Shown here piece after piece: positions 11,698 to 24,560 of a stretch of DNA of 64,000 nt. The notes beneath the pieces were generated by a model that worked only from the letters and a program-made list of their open reading frames with translations, did not search any database and had not been told where the DNA came from. Both the position numbers and the translations under genes were made by a program. Location of the stretch: assembly GCA_003971905.1 (NCBI GenBank), contig RSEE01000039.1, positions 434,001 through 498,000 on the forward strand, written 5' to 3'. Numbering within the stretch: the stretch's first letter is position 1; each line of letters begins with the position of its first letter. The stretch is from Moniliella sp. 'wahieum' (lineage: Eukaryota).

Positions 11698-13769
11698 CTA
11701 CCGCCGGCCCAACGCCGCAGTCGAGGGGCGCGATGGGGATGACGCTGAGCGCGCACGGTGCAGCCCGTTCGCCTCGTGGCTCCCATCGGCGGACCCAATG
11801 CCTTCCACCTCCTGGATTTCCTTCTCAGAAATCGATTCCGTCTCCACACGGCCTGCCGCCTTGGCCCGCTTGAGCGCCCGCTCGCTTGCTCCATCCGACC
11901 CGATCACGTTCTTCTTCGGCCGAACGGGCGACAAAGCGCTGCTTCTCCCGCTCCAGTTCTCGCTGCGCCTCCTTCTCCCGCACCTTATCCACCTCAGCAT
12001 GCGCCCGCTCCTCCGCGGCAACCGCTGCCTTCTTCCCCCCGACACCAGGCACATGCGGGATGCGTGGGCCGCTCGAGTTTTCGGAAGGCTTCTTTTCCTT
12101 GAGCGCTGCATCCTTGATTTCTTGCTCTTCCACCTCGGCCAGCTCAGGGTTCTGGTCCGTAACATTGGACTCCTTCTCGATAGCTGCATCACGCAGCTCA
12201 CGGTGCCGCGCCTTCACATCCGCCACTACATCCGCCTTGGCCTTGGGCAGGGGCGGAAGTGTCAAGCGCTTGCGCACCACCATGACAGGCACGCTGGATT
12301 TTTGAACCAAGTAATGGCTTGTCGAACCCAGCAGGATGCCCTTGAGGCTACTCAGGCCACGACTCCCGACGATAACCATCGTCGGCTCGTAAAAGTCAAT
12401 CAGGTCAAGCAACATGTGCCTGGCATTCTTGGCGTGCAACGCTTGGGTCACAACCTTTACTGACAGTCGCGTCCGCTCCAAGAGACGGGTACACTGTGCG
12501 ACCAGCACTCGTGCTTCGGCGGCACGGATGCTTTGATGCTCTGCACGCGCCGCAGTCGTGTCATTCTTACGGTCCAGTTCGTCAAACTTGATGTCTGTCT
12601 CCATCACATTGACCACCAGCACTTCGTCGCCGTCGCGCAACACGGTCCCAATCGTCCATTCCGCCGCCGCATACGCCGCCTCCTCGCTCCCATCCGACGC
12701 AACCACATACCGCTTCTGCCGTGTGCGCTTGCCCTGCGCCCCAGCCCAATCTCCCGAGGTAATGGTAATTGTACAGCGGTTGCGCTCAAAGATCGGGTTG
12801 GACACTTGAAGATGGTTGCACCCCAGCTGCTCTGGCGTGTCGATGGTAGCGTGCTTAAGGTGGTCCACTTGGGAGCAAAAGTCCCTCAGCACCACGTTGG
12901 GTGCACCTGCATGATCATCATCGCCCGCATCGACAGGATCCTGGTGAATCCGCGGATCATCTGGAGGCAGCTCCAGGTAGTTGGCATTGTAAATCGTGTT
13001 GTCAAGCAGGATGGGATCAATTTCCCAATCCGCCTCGTCGTCCGACACATCGCTGTTGTCATCCTCCGACTCGTCCTGTGCTGTCCGGATGGCCGAGTCT
13101 ACCACCTCCTGCCGGATCTTGCTTTGCTCCGCCTCAGAACTGGCATCATCCCGGTGGAGGTCCCCGGCCGGTTGCGGAGCAACAAACGAGCTTGCATCGG
13201 CGTTCGGGGCAGTAGCCGATGGACGGCCCGCGGTTGCCGACGACAAGCCATCGTCGGGGGAGCGGGAGCTGGCATCGGAGCTGGAGGATGCGACGGAACT
13301 TGGGCGGGCCGAGTCGGCGGAGGCACGAGGAGCACCGCGCTCCTCTACCCGCCCAAGATCCATGCTGGAGCGCTCAGAGGCAGCCTCGCCGTGATGCGGA
13401 CGGGCGAGTAGGAGCGGTTACGGCGGCAGGCCAAACAGGCTCCGCCGATGCGGCAGAGACGATCCCACGCTTCCGGACCGGCCGCGGGAGGGGGAGGTAG
13501 TGTCGGGCTGATCATGCTGATCATACAGCTCCGGATCGCGGTCCTGCGGGTGGCGGTGGAAGTTCCGGCGTCGCCCATCTTCGCCCAGGGCGCCAACCAT
13601 AAAGGGGCTCGCCGTGCTCTCGGCCACGGCGCGGACGGGCGCGAGGGCGGCGGCGATGCTGTGGCCCGGGTGGTGGCGGCGGAGCGAGGAGAAGATGCGG
13701 GGGTGGGTGGGGCGGGGGGAGGCGCCGGCGGGCTCGGTGAGGGCGCCGCAAGGTTGGCCTGGTCGACAT
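11698..13769 (-). CDS. Universal stress protein (Usp) domain protein; both ends approximate
   Basis: RYVVASDGSEEAAYA..WTIGTVLRDGDEVLVVNV and DFYEPTMVIVGSRGLSSLKGILLGSTSHYLVQKSSVPVMVV (UspA ATP-binding GSRG...GS motif). Confidence 0.92.
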
Positions 13770-14371
13770 GGCGGCGGATGGTGGCAGAGAGAGATAGTTG
13801 GCGCTAAGCTTAGCCTAAGTGCTAACCAGCCAGGCACGGCAGCGCAGGGCGCGGGGCCACGTGACAGGCTTGGTGCACATAATGTGCCGTGCGTCATCCG
13901 TGCAGCAGATCCAGTGAATGCATGACGCATGTGTGATCCTCCGTCCCTGCGCCGCCGCCTCCGCCCCATCACCGCCGCCCCCACCACCACACCGGCCGAG
14001 CCAAGCGCCATCAGCGCGGGCCATCCAACGGGCGCTAACAGCCACCCCGGCAAGACGACACTGGGTGCGATTCATTCCTCCATCCTCTCCCTGCCCGCAC
14101 GCGTGCATGTGACATGTGATGCTTGAGGAACTGGGGGCGCCGGCATTCGATCTTCACACGGTGCACCCAGGCCCCAAAACAAACAATTCAAAACAAAAAA
14201 CAAATGCAACAGCCACGAGAGAGCGGGTCATGCGTCCCAGATCACCCGTCCTGCACGTGACAGCTGGCTGACGTAAGAGGGTGCGTCGGCGCTCAGCCAG
14301 CCGGCGCGCCTGCTTCAATTGCACTCCACCACCCCCGCGACGCGTTGGCCCGTAGCTGGACTTGTGGCCGC

Positions 14372-17300
14372 ATGGCGCTCGAGATACGCATCAACAGCTT
14401 TCCCGGCAGCGAGCCGGTCGCCTTCGACGCGCTCCCCGCTGCCATCAGCCAGGATTTGGCGCCGCCCTACCCTACCCCATCCACCGCCCTCACGCCCGCC
14501 GAGCTCGTCGCCTTCGCCCGCGCCCTGCAGACCTTCCAGGCGCTCCACTTGGCCCATCCGTCCCCCGACCGGCCTGTCCGCCTGCCTGCCTCCTTCCTCC
14601 TGCCTTGTGAAGCAGGGGCAACATCCCCCGTCCGCTGGACACTCCAGTTTGCCCTTTCCTTTCTCCAGCAGCACGCCAAGCCCGACTGGCACGACATCCT
14701 CCAGGAGGAAGCCGTGCCCTTTTACCTCGACCTGCTCCGCTCTGTCCGTGCGCGCTTGACAGACGCAGGACTCCTTCCTCCCATCCGCATTGCTGCGCCG
14801 CAGCTGGCACCCGACACGGTCGAGCACCTGCAACGCCTCGCAGGCCAATTGGGTGGTACGTGTGACCCGCCTGGCTTGTGGAATCTGACTGACCGAGTGT
14901 ACAGCGGACTGGGTATCGGAACCAACCGACGCTACGCACATTCTCCTTCCCTCCAACACCGAGGGAGAGGGAGAGGGGATCGCGGGCGATCAGGATCCAG
15001 AGCAAGGGCAGGCGCAGGGGCAGGGGCAGGGGTATACCTTCCGTCCCTCAATACCAAGCAAGACTCGACACTCATCCACCTTGTTCGCCACCCAGCTCGT
15101 TTGATACGTGGCTGCCTAGCACGTTTCCACCCGTTTCTCCGCCGCCGCTCGAGACGCCCTGCCAGGTTTCCCTGCTTTGGCTCCAAGATAGTGCTCGCTT
15201 CAACGAATGGACCGAGGAGCAGGACTACCTCCCCACCCTCTCTTCCTTGCCCCTGCCCAGCCACACTCAACAGGGCGAGCGCACCTACTCCATCCTTGTT
15301 GCAACCCCGCCGTCGCTGCAGGCGAGTGGGTCATCGCTGATCGCCCCAGATTCCGAAGATCCAGTGGAAGCTCCCAACCCGGAGGTTCTGGTGGAAGCGT
15401 CGGTGGCAGAACCGGTGGAAGCGTCGATAGCAGAACCAGCGGAAGTACCTGTGGAAGCGTCGGTGGAAGCGCCAGTGGAAGCACCGGTAGCAGAGCCCGT
15501 GGAAACTCCGATGGAAGTTCCAGTGCCCCAAGCGCCAGTACCGCAAGCTCCACGGGAAGCTCTGCTGTCCCAGCCACCACAAGCTCCAATGCCGGATGCT
15601 CCAGTGGCGGAGGTTCCAGCGACCGAAACTCCGTTGCCCGAAGCTCCAGTCGAAGCTCCGGTGGACACCCCAGCGCCCGCGGCTCCAGTGCCGGAACCAT
15701 CCACACTGGAGGCGCCACCGGTGGAGTCTGTCGACCTGGCGGCACCAGCTCCTGAACCCGCCCCCCAGGAGATCCCACCTGATGTGGAAGGTTCAGCTGT
15801 GCATCCATCAGCTCCCCACCCCCTGCTCCGGCTGAACCAGTCGTGGAAGCACCATCAGTCGATGCACACGCCCCACTGGAGGTATCCAATCTGGAAGCTC
15901 CTGCTCTGGAAGCACCCGCTCCGGACGCCTCAGCCCCGGAGGCGTCCATGTTGGAGGCACAAGCATCCACTCCAGCCATACCAGCTGTAGAACCCCATGT
16001 TTTGCCAGTCCCAATTGAACCCACACCCGCTGTGGAAGTTCCCACTCTGGAGGGTGAAGCTGTTGACGAAGCTATGGTCTCAAATGAAGTGCATTTTGAT
16101 CTGCCCGCCGAGCTTGGTCCGGCGCCAACTGAAGGTACGGATACGATCATGGCCGAAGCCCTTCCTGCGGAGACGGAGGCCAAGGTGATCATTACAGCAA
16201 GCCGCGAGGTGAGGGAACCGATCACACAAAAAGCGCTTACGGCCCAGACCCAGCCCGTCATTGTACCCTCCTTTGCCGTGTGGTTTGACCCGGGCGTATC
16301 CACGCGATTGAGGAGCGTGCGCTACCCGAGTTTTTCAATAGCAAGAACGCAACCAAGACGCCGAGCGTGTACAAGGCCTACCGCGACTTTATGGTGTCCA
16401 CCTTCCGGCTCAACCCAAAGGAATATCTCACTTTTACCGCGTGTCGGCGCAACTTACCTGGCGACGTGTGTGCCATCATGCGCGTCCATGCGTTCCTGGA
16501 GCAGTGGGGGTTGATCAATTATATGGTGGACGACCGCGCGCCGACGCTAGGCCCGCCTTACACCCCACTCCGCACGCCGCAGACCGCTCACCTTCATCCG
16601 GGCCTGCCAAGCCGAACGGTCAATCCGCCCCCCGCGGTGGAAACGCGGCGAGAGGAGGAACTGCCAAGGGGAGATGGCGTGCACTGTGCCACCTGCGGCG
16701 TCGAGTGCAAGGACAAGCATTTCGCTGCGATCCAGGTGGATTCCTTCCTGCTCTGCCCCAAGTGCTATGAAGAAGGCAAGTTCCCCACCCGGCTCTTGGC
16801 CGGCCAGTTCCGCCTGGTCCAACCCCCCCTCCAAGGCGGCTGGGACGAGGCAGAGACAGCGCGGCTACGGGAAGCGTTGGCGCTTTACCCTGCCAGTTGG
16901 GACGCGGTTGCTGCGCATGTGGGCAAGACACGGGACGAATGCGTGGTGCAGGTGGTGGCGCTGGGCGGGGAAGCGAGGATCACGGACCAGATACCGCTGG
17001 CGGCGTTGGGACCGTTACGGTTCATGCGCGACGACGGGTTGGAACGGCCCTTGTCGGACGCCAAGAACCCAATCACCGAGGTGGTTGGGTTTTTGCTCAA
17101 TGCCGTCCCGCCCGCCATCGCGGCGGCGGTAGCCTTGGACCCTCTGCACCGGCCCGAACCCGCTGGAGCACACGGCGACGCTCGCCTTGGCCGCCGCCGC
17201 GGCCAAGGCACAGGTGCTGGCCTCGCTCGAAGAGGTGAGTGTCAGATGATCGTGGGACGGGTGCTGGAGAACCAGATGTTCAAGATGAATGTACGTACTT

Positions 17301-17632
17301 CTCTTTGGTGCTTGTGTTTCGCCTCGTACGGATTGCTGACAGGGGTCGCAGGCCAAGCTGAACCAGCTGGAGAAGATGGACAGTCTGCTGGTAGCCGAGG
17401 AAGCGGCGCTGGCGTCCGAGTGGCAGCAGCTGCACCAGGAGCAACAGCGGCTCGACGCCCAACGCGCCGAGGCGAACCGTCTGTTGGCGGCGACCGCCAG
17501 CCGCGCACAGTGAGCACGGCCCAGGTCCAGACCGCCGCCTCGTCCGCCGCGTTTGGCTTGCCGGGCCAAGGGCCGCTGCTGCGGCCGACCCAGGCGCGGT
17601 GCCCGCAAGACGGCACGTTTTTGGCTTTGTAA
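14372..17632 (+). CDS. SWI/SNF-RSC core subunit Swi3/Rsc8/SMARCC-like (MarR-BRCT-chromo N-module, SWIRM, ZZ-like zinc finger, SANT, coiled coil); introns about 14856-14904 and 17291-17351
   Basis: SWIRM: VIVPSFAVWFD...YKAYRDFMVSTFRLNPKEYLTFTACRRNLPGDVCAIMRVHAFLEQWGLINY. Zinc finger: CATCGVEC...LCPKCYEEGKF. SANT: WDEAETARLREAL...WDAVAAHVGKTRDECV. Also NPITEVVGFL. Confidence 0.93.
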
Positions 17633-17848
17633 ATGCATGTTGCTGCCATCTGCCCCCGCGTGCTGGCCATCGGGATGGTTCCCGGTCACGTGGGCCTCCC
17701 TCCCCGCGCTCCTCCCATAGCCCCTGAGTAGGAAAGGATAGGTACTACTATAGTCCGTGGCGGTAGGCGTCCGAGGACAGTAGGATTGCACTACCCCCCC
17801 CCCCCACCCCACCCCTGCCCCTTTCCCTATCTTTCATCCACGACGACG

Positions 17849-19600
17849 ATGAGCCAGGACGAACAGCAAGCTGCACCTCGTGCCGCCAGTGGCGAGCGGG
17901 GTGTGGATCTGCATGCGCTCCTGGGTCTAGCTTCCAATCTGCTGGCCCACACCAAGCGGGCGCCTCGGCCGCGACGAGCAGCAGCTCAACAGGTAGCCCC
18001 GGTACTTCTGCCCCTGCGTCAGTGCCGGCCGCCGCCCGGCCGCCAGCACCTCCAGTCGACGTGAGCAAGGTGGTGAGCACACTAGCCTCGCTCGTCGCCA
18101 GCCACACGGCCGGTGAGGGTAGGACTGCTAGCGCCAGTGCGGATGCTAGTAGTGCTAGTGCTGGTGCGACCACTGCGCCCGCTCCAACGGCAACCGATGC
18201 GGGGGTGCAGCTGCGGCCCCACCGGCGTCCGCGTCCAACATGCAAAACTGTCTTGCACCTTCTTTCCTCGGTTGTGGCAGCAGCCAGTTCGCGTGGGCCG
18301 GCGGCCACAAGTACAAGCGCAAGTACAAGTACAAGCACAAGCACAGGTACGGGTACGGCCCCTACTGGTGCCCTTTCGTCCGCCGCGACGGAAGAAGCAC
18401 CGGCCGCCGCACCAGCAGGTGCTCCAGCGCCCGGCGGGGCTGGCGGGCGGACCTCAGTGCGCTTCTAGCTGCGGCGATGACACATGTGAGCCAGGCGGGG
18501 CAAGCGTTTTTGAGTGCCGGGGCCGAAGGAGGGGGAGCGGGGCTGGCGGAGGCGCAGGAGCAACAGGTACAAGTGCAGGTGCAGGTACAGGAACAGGTGC
18601 AGCATCCAGCACGAGTGGAAGCACGGTGAGTAAGTTGGTCAACTTGGCTGTGCACCTGGCCATGGCCAAAGCGGGTGCCGGCAGGGGAGGTGAAAGTGAG
18701 AGTGGGGCGGCACCTGCCCCATCCACAACTGGTGGAGGGAACAGCAAAGTGGACCTTCCCAGCTGGTTTCCATTGCGTCTTCCCTCAAACGAGGTGCAGC
18801 GCCGGCGGGGCCCCGTGCTGCCGAGGCCACTGCGGCAGCGGCCGAACCATGCACAGGGAACGATCCCGTGCAAACAGGCGCAGGAGCGACCCAAGAGGCC
18901 ACAAGCGCGAACGAGCACGGGACGTGCAAAGGGGAGCCTAGTACCCATGTCTTCTCACCGCCGCCGAGTCCTCTTGTCGCGCGAGACGGAGTGGGCGGCA
19001 GGGACCGCCGGTGGCCGTGGAGTCGTTGCAGCGAGCGCACAGTCGTACGTTGGACTCGTCGATCCCAACAGGTGAAGGTGAAGGTGTTAGTGCAGGACAT
19101 TGGGGGGGCGGCAGCAGTGCAGGCGCTCGAGTCGGTGTTGGAGAAGAAGTTGGGCGATGCTGAGGCTGGGATCCAGACCAACTTGTACGGTGTCTCCCTG
19201 GATGTGGGGTGCTGTGAGCGGAGGGGGCGAGGGGAGAAGAGAGCTAACTGTATTATGTGTGCAACGACAGGGTGGCGTACGCGATGGGCCATGCGTCCGA
19301 CTTGTTTGACCAAAAGGCAAGGGAGGGTGCTGTCCAAGGTACCAAGAACGAAGCGGTAGAAAAAGCGGGCGAGTATGTGCTTCGTTTGCTCGAGGTGTGT
19401 CTCTTTCTTCCTTCTCGTTCCTCACTTCTCGGTTTGTGTGGGTTTTCGAGGATTCTGACTGCGGGCACGGTGGGAGATAATAGGCTACGCAACGACGGAC
19501 GAGACGACGACGAAGAGCCCAAGCGCCACGGACGCGGTTGAGAAGCCGGCAGCCAAGTGAAAGTCCTGCCCTCTCTCCTCTCATTCAATCTTCGACTCTC
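17849..19600 (+). CDS. Gly/Ser/Ala-rich protein with a C-terminal domain resembling the basidiomycete beta-flanking protein family; end approximate
   Basis: IGGAAAVQALE...AYAMGHASDLFDQKAREGAVQGTKNEAVEKAGEYVLRLL resembles the family motif GGAAAMQALK...MAMAEASKLFD...GxKQxAVxxA (recalled). Introns near 19185-19270 and 19395-19482. Confidence 0.55.
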
Positions 19601-20093
19601 ACAGGGGTTGCCCACACTATGCCACAACTGTGTGTGGCATATATAAAACCCCCCATGTTGATGTTTCTTTTTCTTCTTCTTTCTCGGAGCCAATGCCCCT
19701 CTGTCCTCTTGTCCCAGTCCCTCCGCCTTGTGTGGGACATGCGATGAACTCGACGAACGTCTGTTGGAAGACAACATTATAGTGGGTAGCGAGTTGTGCC
19801 TCGTGGCTCATGGACTGATCATGCCTGAAACGGGCTGAGGATCCGGCCTGCTGAAGACGCTCGGGGCGGGAAAGGTACGCGAGGGTGACGCGTGACGCAG
19901 GATCGAACCACCTATGATGATGCACCGCCGCGAGCGGCCCAATTAGATCTTAGATCTTAGGCCCGCATCAGTTTCGTTTCCTGGGCAATTGATTCGTTGC
20001 ACCCCGCCGCCAAGTACAAGTGCGCCAAGGATACCCGCCAGCGCGTCGCCCCTGTCCCCCACCGCTGCCTCGACCTCGACCTTCTTTCTGTGC

Positions 20094-22307
20094 ATGGACC
20101 ACCCTCCCGTCCACCTCACTGGACAGGGCATCTTCACCCTCGTCGTCGTTCTCATCTTTGCCGCGCTAATCGTCAACTACCCCTACCCCCTCACTCTTCC
20201 GCTCCCGCTGCCCCATGCGCCTGGCTCCCCCACGCCCTGGATCCATCTGCGCCTCAACGTCGTCACTGCCCCACTGACCGGTGCTGTCCTGCTGTCCATC
20301 GCACAGGTCCTTAAGGCGCCTGCATGGCGGGATGCCGTCGTGGGCTGGAACAGTGGCATTTCCCCCTGGGACGTGCTGGCGCTCTTCTTTGCCCTGGCCT
20401 ACATGGCGGTGAGTGTGGAGGCCTCAGGTCTGTTCCGCGCTGCAGCGTGTGGGTCGTCAGGCTGGCTGGCCCCTCGCCGGGCAAGGCGGCGGCAAAGGGC
20501 TGCACCGACTGTTTCTGGGCCTCTACGCGTTTTGGTGGCTGCTTGGCGCGTTTGCTGGGAACGATGCGGTGATCATCTCAGGGTCGAGCTTTGTTGTCCA
20601 TCTCGCCCGCTCGGCGCAGATGGACGCGGCATGGGCCAACGCATCGGCCTGGGCCCAGTTCACCGCAGCCAACGTGGCGTCTGCCGTGCTCGTGTCGGGC
20701 AACCGACCAACTTGGTCGTCGCGCAGAGTTTCCACTTTTCGTTTGCCACGTACTCGGCGCATATGCTACTGCCGTCGCTGGCGGCCGCGGCGGCGGCCCT
20801 GGCACCCATCATGCTCATTGGCTCTCTCCCCTCCCTGACGCCCTCGGGCGCATCCACCTTTCTTCCTTCGCCCGAGAAGAAAGAGGAGATGCCCCCCGTT
20901 TCTGCCACTGCTTCCACAGGCACGCTTGGAGGCGAACGGGATCCATCAGACCCTCCTCGTTCCCCCCCCGTGCTCCGATGTCGAGCGCCCTACGCCTTCG
21001 GTGGAGCCGTGCCGCAGGTAGATGTACAAGCGGCCGTGGTATCGAGTTCAGTGTTGATCGCGACGCTGGGCGCGTTGATTGGCACCTCGGTCAGCGGCGC
21101 CGGCGTGCACGTCACGTTTATTGCTGCGCCTGGGGCTGGGATTTGTTTGGTGCGCGACGTGGTGGCCGACTGGACCAGCGCACGCCAGCGTCAACCCCCT
21201 CTGTACCCCGCCTGCCTCTCCTCCGCCCGACCCGATCGATCCGGCCACTGCCACTACGACGCGCCCTGCGGCAGCCGAGCCGGGCCACGCAGACCAGACA
21301 CGACTCTCCCTGCCCATCCCGCACAGCCCCAGACTATGCAACGAACTCCCTCCCTCTCCCGTCTCAAGAGCATGGACATTGTCGAGCTCGCTCCGCTCAA
21401 TTTGCGCGAATCCGGGCCCAGCGCACCGCGCCGCGCAATACGTGACTCTCCCAGCGTGGCGGTCCCCGCGTCGGCCTCTTCTTCGCAGCTACCGTGGCGG
21501 CACCCGAGCCGGCGCCAGCTGCCGCGGCAGGCGGGGTGGCAAGCAGGGTGGTGGACCTTGTGCAGCGCCGGGCGGCGCAGTGGGGGCACAGCTGCAATCG
21601 GGTGTGCTGGGTGGTCGTGGGCCCGATTGTGTGTTCGCGCTGGGGCCGCGGGGTGGCGCACGCCTACGCCGCCTGGGCAGGGGAGGGAGGGGTGAGAGAT
21701 CGGGTGGTACGCCGGTTTCCGCGAACGAGCTACGTGGTAGCGGGCAACCGTGGGCATTGTTGCCGTTTGCGTATGGCGTGTTTGTGCTCATCTCGGCGTT
21801 GCGGCAAGCGCGGGTAGTGGACTTGTTGGGCGAAGGGCTGGGCAAGGCGATTGGACGGACGATGGTGGACAAGGCCGGGCAGCGCTCCTACCCCTCCGGT
21901 CGGTCGTGATGGCCAGCCTGCTGATGGGCAGCGTGGGCACGGTGCTGTGCTGCTTGGCCGGGACCAACATTGGGGCGACGTTGCTGCTGGCACAGGCACT
22001 GCAGAGCGCGTCCTACCGCGCCCACGTCCAGCCCGACGGGCCCAGCAGCAGCTCAATTCCGGGCCTAGAACGCGTGGAGCGGGCGGGGCAGTACTCGCTG
22101 GCATTGGCCGGCAACATTGGTGCGTTGGCCGGCACGCCGGCAGCGTCGCTGGCTGGCTTGCTCTGGACGCAGGCGCTGGCGCATGAACACGTGCAGGTGG
22201 GCCGGGGGCAGTTTGCGAGCTACTCGCTGCTGACGTTTCCGCTGGCGCTGGTGGTGGGGGCGCTGGTGGTGGTGGGGACGGTGGTGGTGACGCTTGGGGA
22301 TGGCTAG
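20094..22307 (+). CDS. ArsB/NhaD (ion transporter superfamily) permease, arsenite-efflux-like; frameshifted
   Basis: PWDVLALFFALAYMAVSVEASGLFR, LGAFAGNDAVIISGS, ANVASAVLVSGNPTNLVVA, PWALLPFAYGVFVLISAL, GTNIGATLLLA, ALAGNIGA...ASLAGLLW; many hydrophobic helices. Confidence 0.85.
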
Positions 22308-23135
22308 GCCGAGGTGGGGGGGGGGCTAACCTATACCCACACGGAGGAGGATGGATACTTGGGCAATGGATGAAACAGGGTGCCACGGGAATGGCAATGA
22401 CTACTGAGGTTGATGAGGTTGATGAGGTTAATGAGGAGCCGACTGCACGTGACCAGGAGCAACGGCGGTGGACGGGCGAGTATCTACAGGCTGGACCCTT
22501 TGGATGTGGCCATGCTCCAACCAGAACATGCCCAGCCACGCAGCCCAGCCACAGGTTATGCCACAGGGCCCCCGTGCCCTAACCCACCCCGCGCTGGTTG
22601 CCCGAACAGGCAGGCAGCCATGCATCACCCGGTCACCCGATGGCGCGCTAAGCGGATGGGCCGCCGCATGCCCAGACCACGCACCGCCACACTGGCGCTG
22701 TGCCCCGGTCATGCGCGTGCTGAGACCGGCCACGCGCCGTTTTTTATATGCTCTCCTGCCACGCCAGCCGCACCAGCCAGTGTCCCAAATATCCATCTCC
22801 ACCCACCCCGGCCTGCCCGGCGCCCAGCACGGCGCCACTCTCGCGCCCCTGCTGTCCCCAGAGTTGCCGCCTTTGGGCGGCCCACGCCTCCGACAGCGCG
22901 CCATCCAGCCGCTTCTTAAACGCGCCCGCCGCCCCATTCTCCTCCCCCCCCCCGCCCCCCACCGCCTCGCCTCGCCTCGCCTCACCTCCGCCCGACCCCA
23001 CTCCTCTGCACGCTGGACGTGTCCCCCCCCGCAGCCTGGTGCTCCTTCGGCCTGGTGCCTCACAACCTCTCCTCTTGCTCTCCCCCCTTGTCCTCCCCCT
23101 TGTCCCCTCTGGCCCGGTGCCCTCCTCGTTTCACA

Positions 23136-24560
23136 ATGCGCCTCCTTACCCTTGTCCTTGCCGCCCTCTGTGCCGCCTTCTGTGTCGCCGCCTCCCACGG
23201 TGCGCACCCGGCGCAGTCCCCCTTGGTCGACCGTCATCCGCGCCGCCGTGGGCGCCAATGCCGTCCACACCGCGCTTCCTCCTCCGGCGTCCCGTCCCCT
23301 CCCCCACCTCTTCTTCCTCGGGCTGGTCCCGCTCCTCTTCGCTCTCCTGGACCTCGTCGTCGTCCCCACTCGCATTCGCCCTCGTCGAGCTCCACTTCTG
23401 TTGCGCCTACTCTCTCCCGCTTCCTCCTCGGGCGGACAGCACTGGGCCAGTGAATCGGCTTCCAAGTCCCGCTCCCGCTCCCGCTCCCGCTCCCGTCCTT
23501 GGGGGAGCAAGTCATCTTCGTTGTCGTCGTCGGCGTCTTCTCACCCCCACCAGCCTCGTGGGGCTCAGGGTCCGGATCTGGCTCGGGTTCTGGCTCCAGC
23601 TCCAGCTCTGGCTCTGGTTCTGGCTCAAGCTCGGGCTCTGGCTCTAGCTCTGGCTCTAGCTCCGGTTCAAGCTCGGGGCCGGGCTCGGGCAGTGGCTCCG
23701 GGGGTACGGGATCGAATGGCAACTCGATTTTTGCCGCGTATGGTGACTTGTGGCAAACGAACGGCGTTCCCCCTACGCCGCCCAAGGGGTTGACGCACTA
23801 CATCCTGGCCTTTTGGACTTCGACTTCGGGTCCGTTGGATAACGCGCTGGCTTGGGCCCAGACCAGCCCGGCCCAACGCAAGCAGATCAAGCAGACCTAT
23901 GCCAAGGCGGGTATCAAGATTCTCGTTTCGGCCTTTGGCTCGACCGACTACCCCCTTCTTTCGGGCCAGGATGCTACGCAGACGGCCAATAAGCTGGCGC
24001 AATTTGTCAAGCAATACGACTTGGATGGGGTGGATGTGGACTATGAGGATTCGGCCTCGTTCATGGACGGCAGGGCAGTGCCGTGGTTGGTGACACTGCA
24101 AAGACGCTGCGGAAGCACTGCCGGAAGGCAAGTATGTCATTACCCATGCGCCGCAAGCGCCCTACTTTAGCTCGCAATGCCAGTGGGGCGCGGGGTACAG
24201 CAAGATTTACAGCCAAGTGAAGGACACGGCGCCGATTGATGCCTTTTTGGTGCAGACGTACAACCAAGGTGCGGGGATGTACGAGACGTGCAACAATCTC
24301 CTCCACACGTCTGCCGGTACCTGCCCTGGCTCGTCGATCTTTGAGATTAGCAACAACGAGCACGTTCCTCAGCAGTTGGTCGTTGGCAAGCCCGCCACGA
24401 CGGCGGATGCGTCGAGCGGGTACATGACCCCCCAAACCCTGGGCAAGTGTCTTTCTTCGGCACGCACCCAGGGCTGGCGACGCAGGCATGGCGTTTTGGC
24501 AGTATCCCCATCTCACCCCAGCCATGTTGCAAACTGCCAAGCAGCGCCGCAGGGTGGTAA
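23136..24560 (+). CDS. Secreted GH18 chitinase-like protein with Ser/Gly-rich linker
   Basis: Signal peptide [28 protein letters not shown], catalytic [11 protein letters not shown] (DxxDxDxE), [16 protein letters not shown] and AFWQY. Confidence 0.92.
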
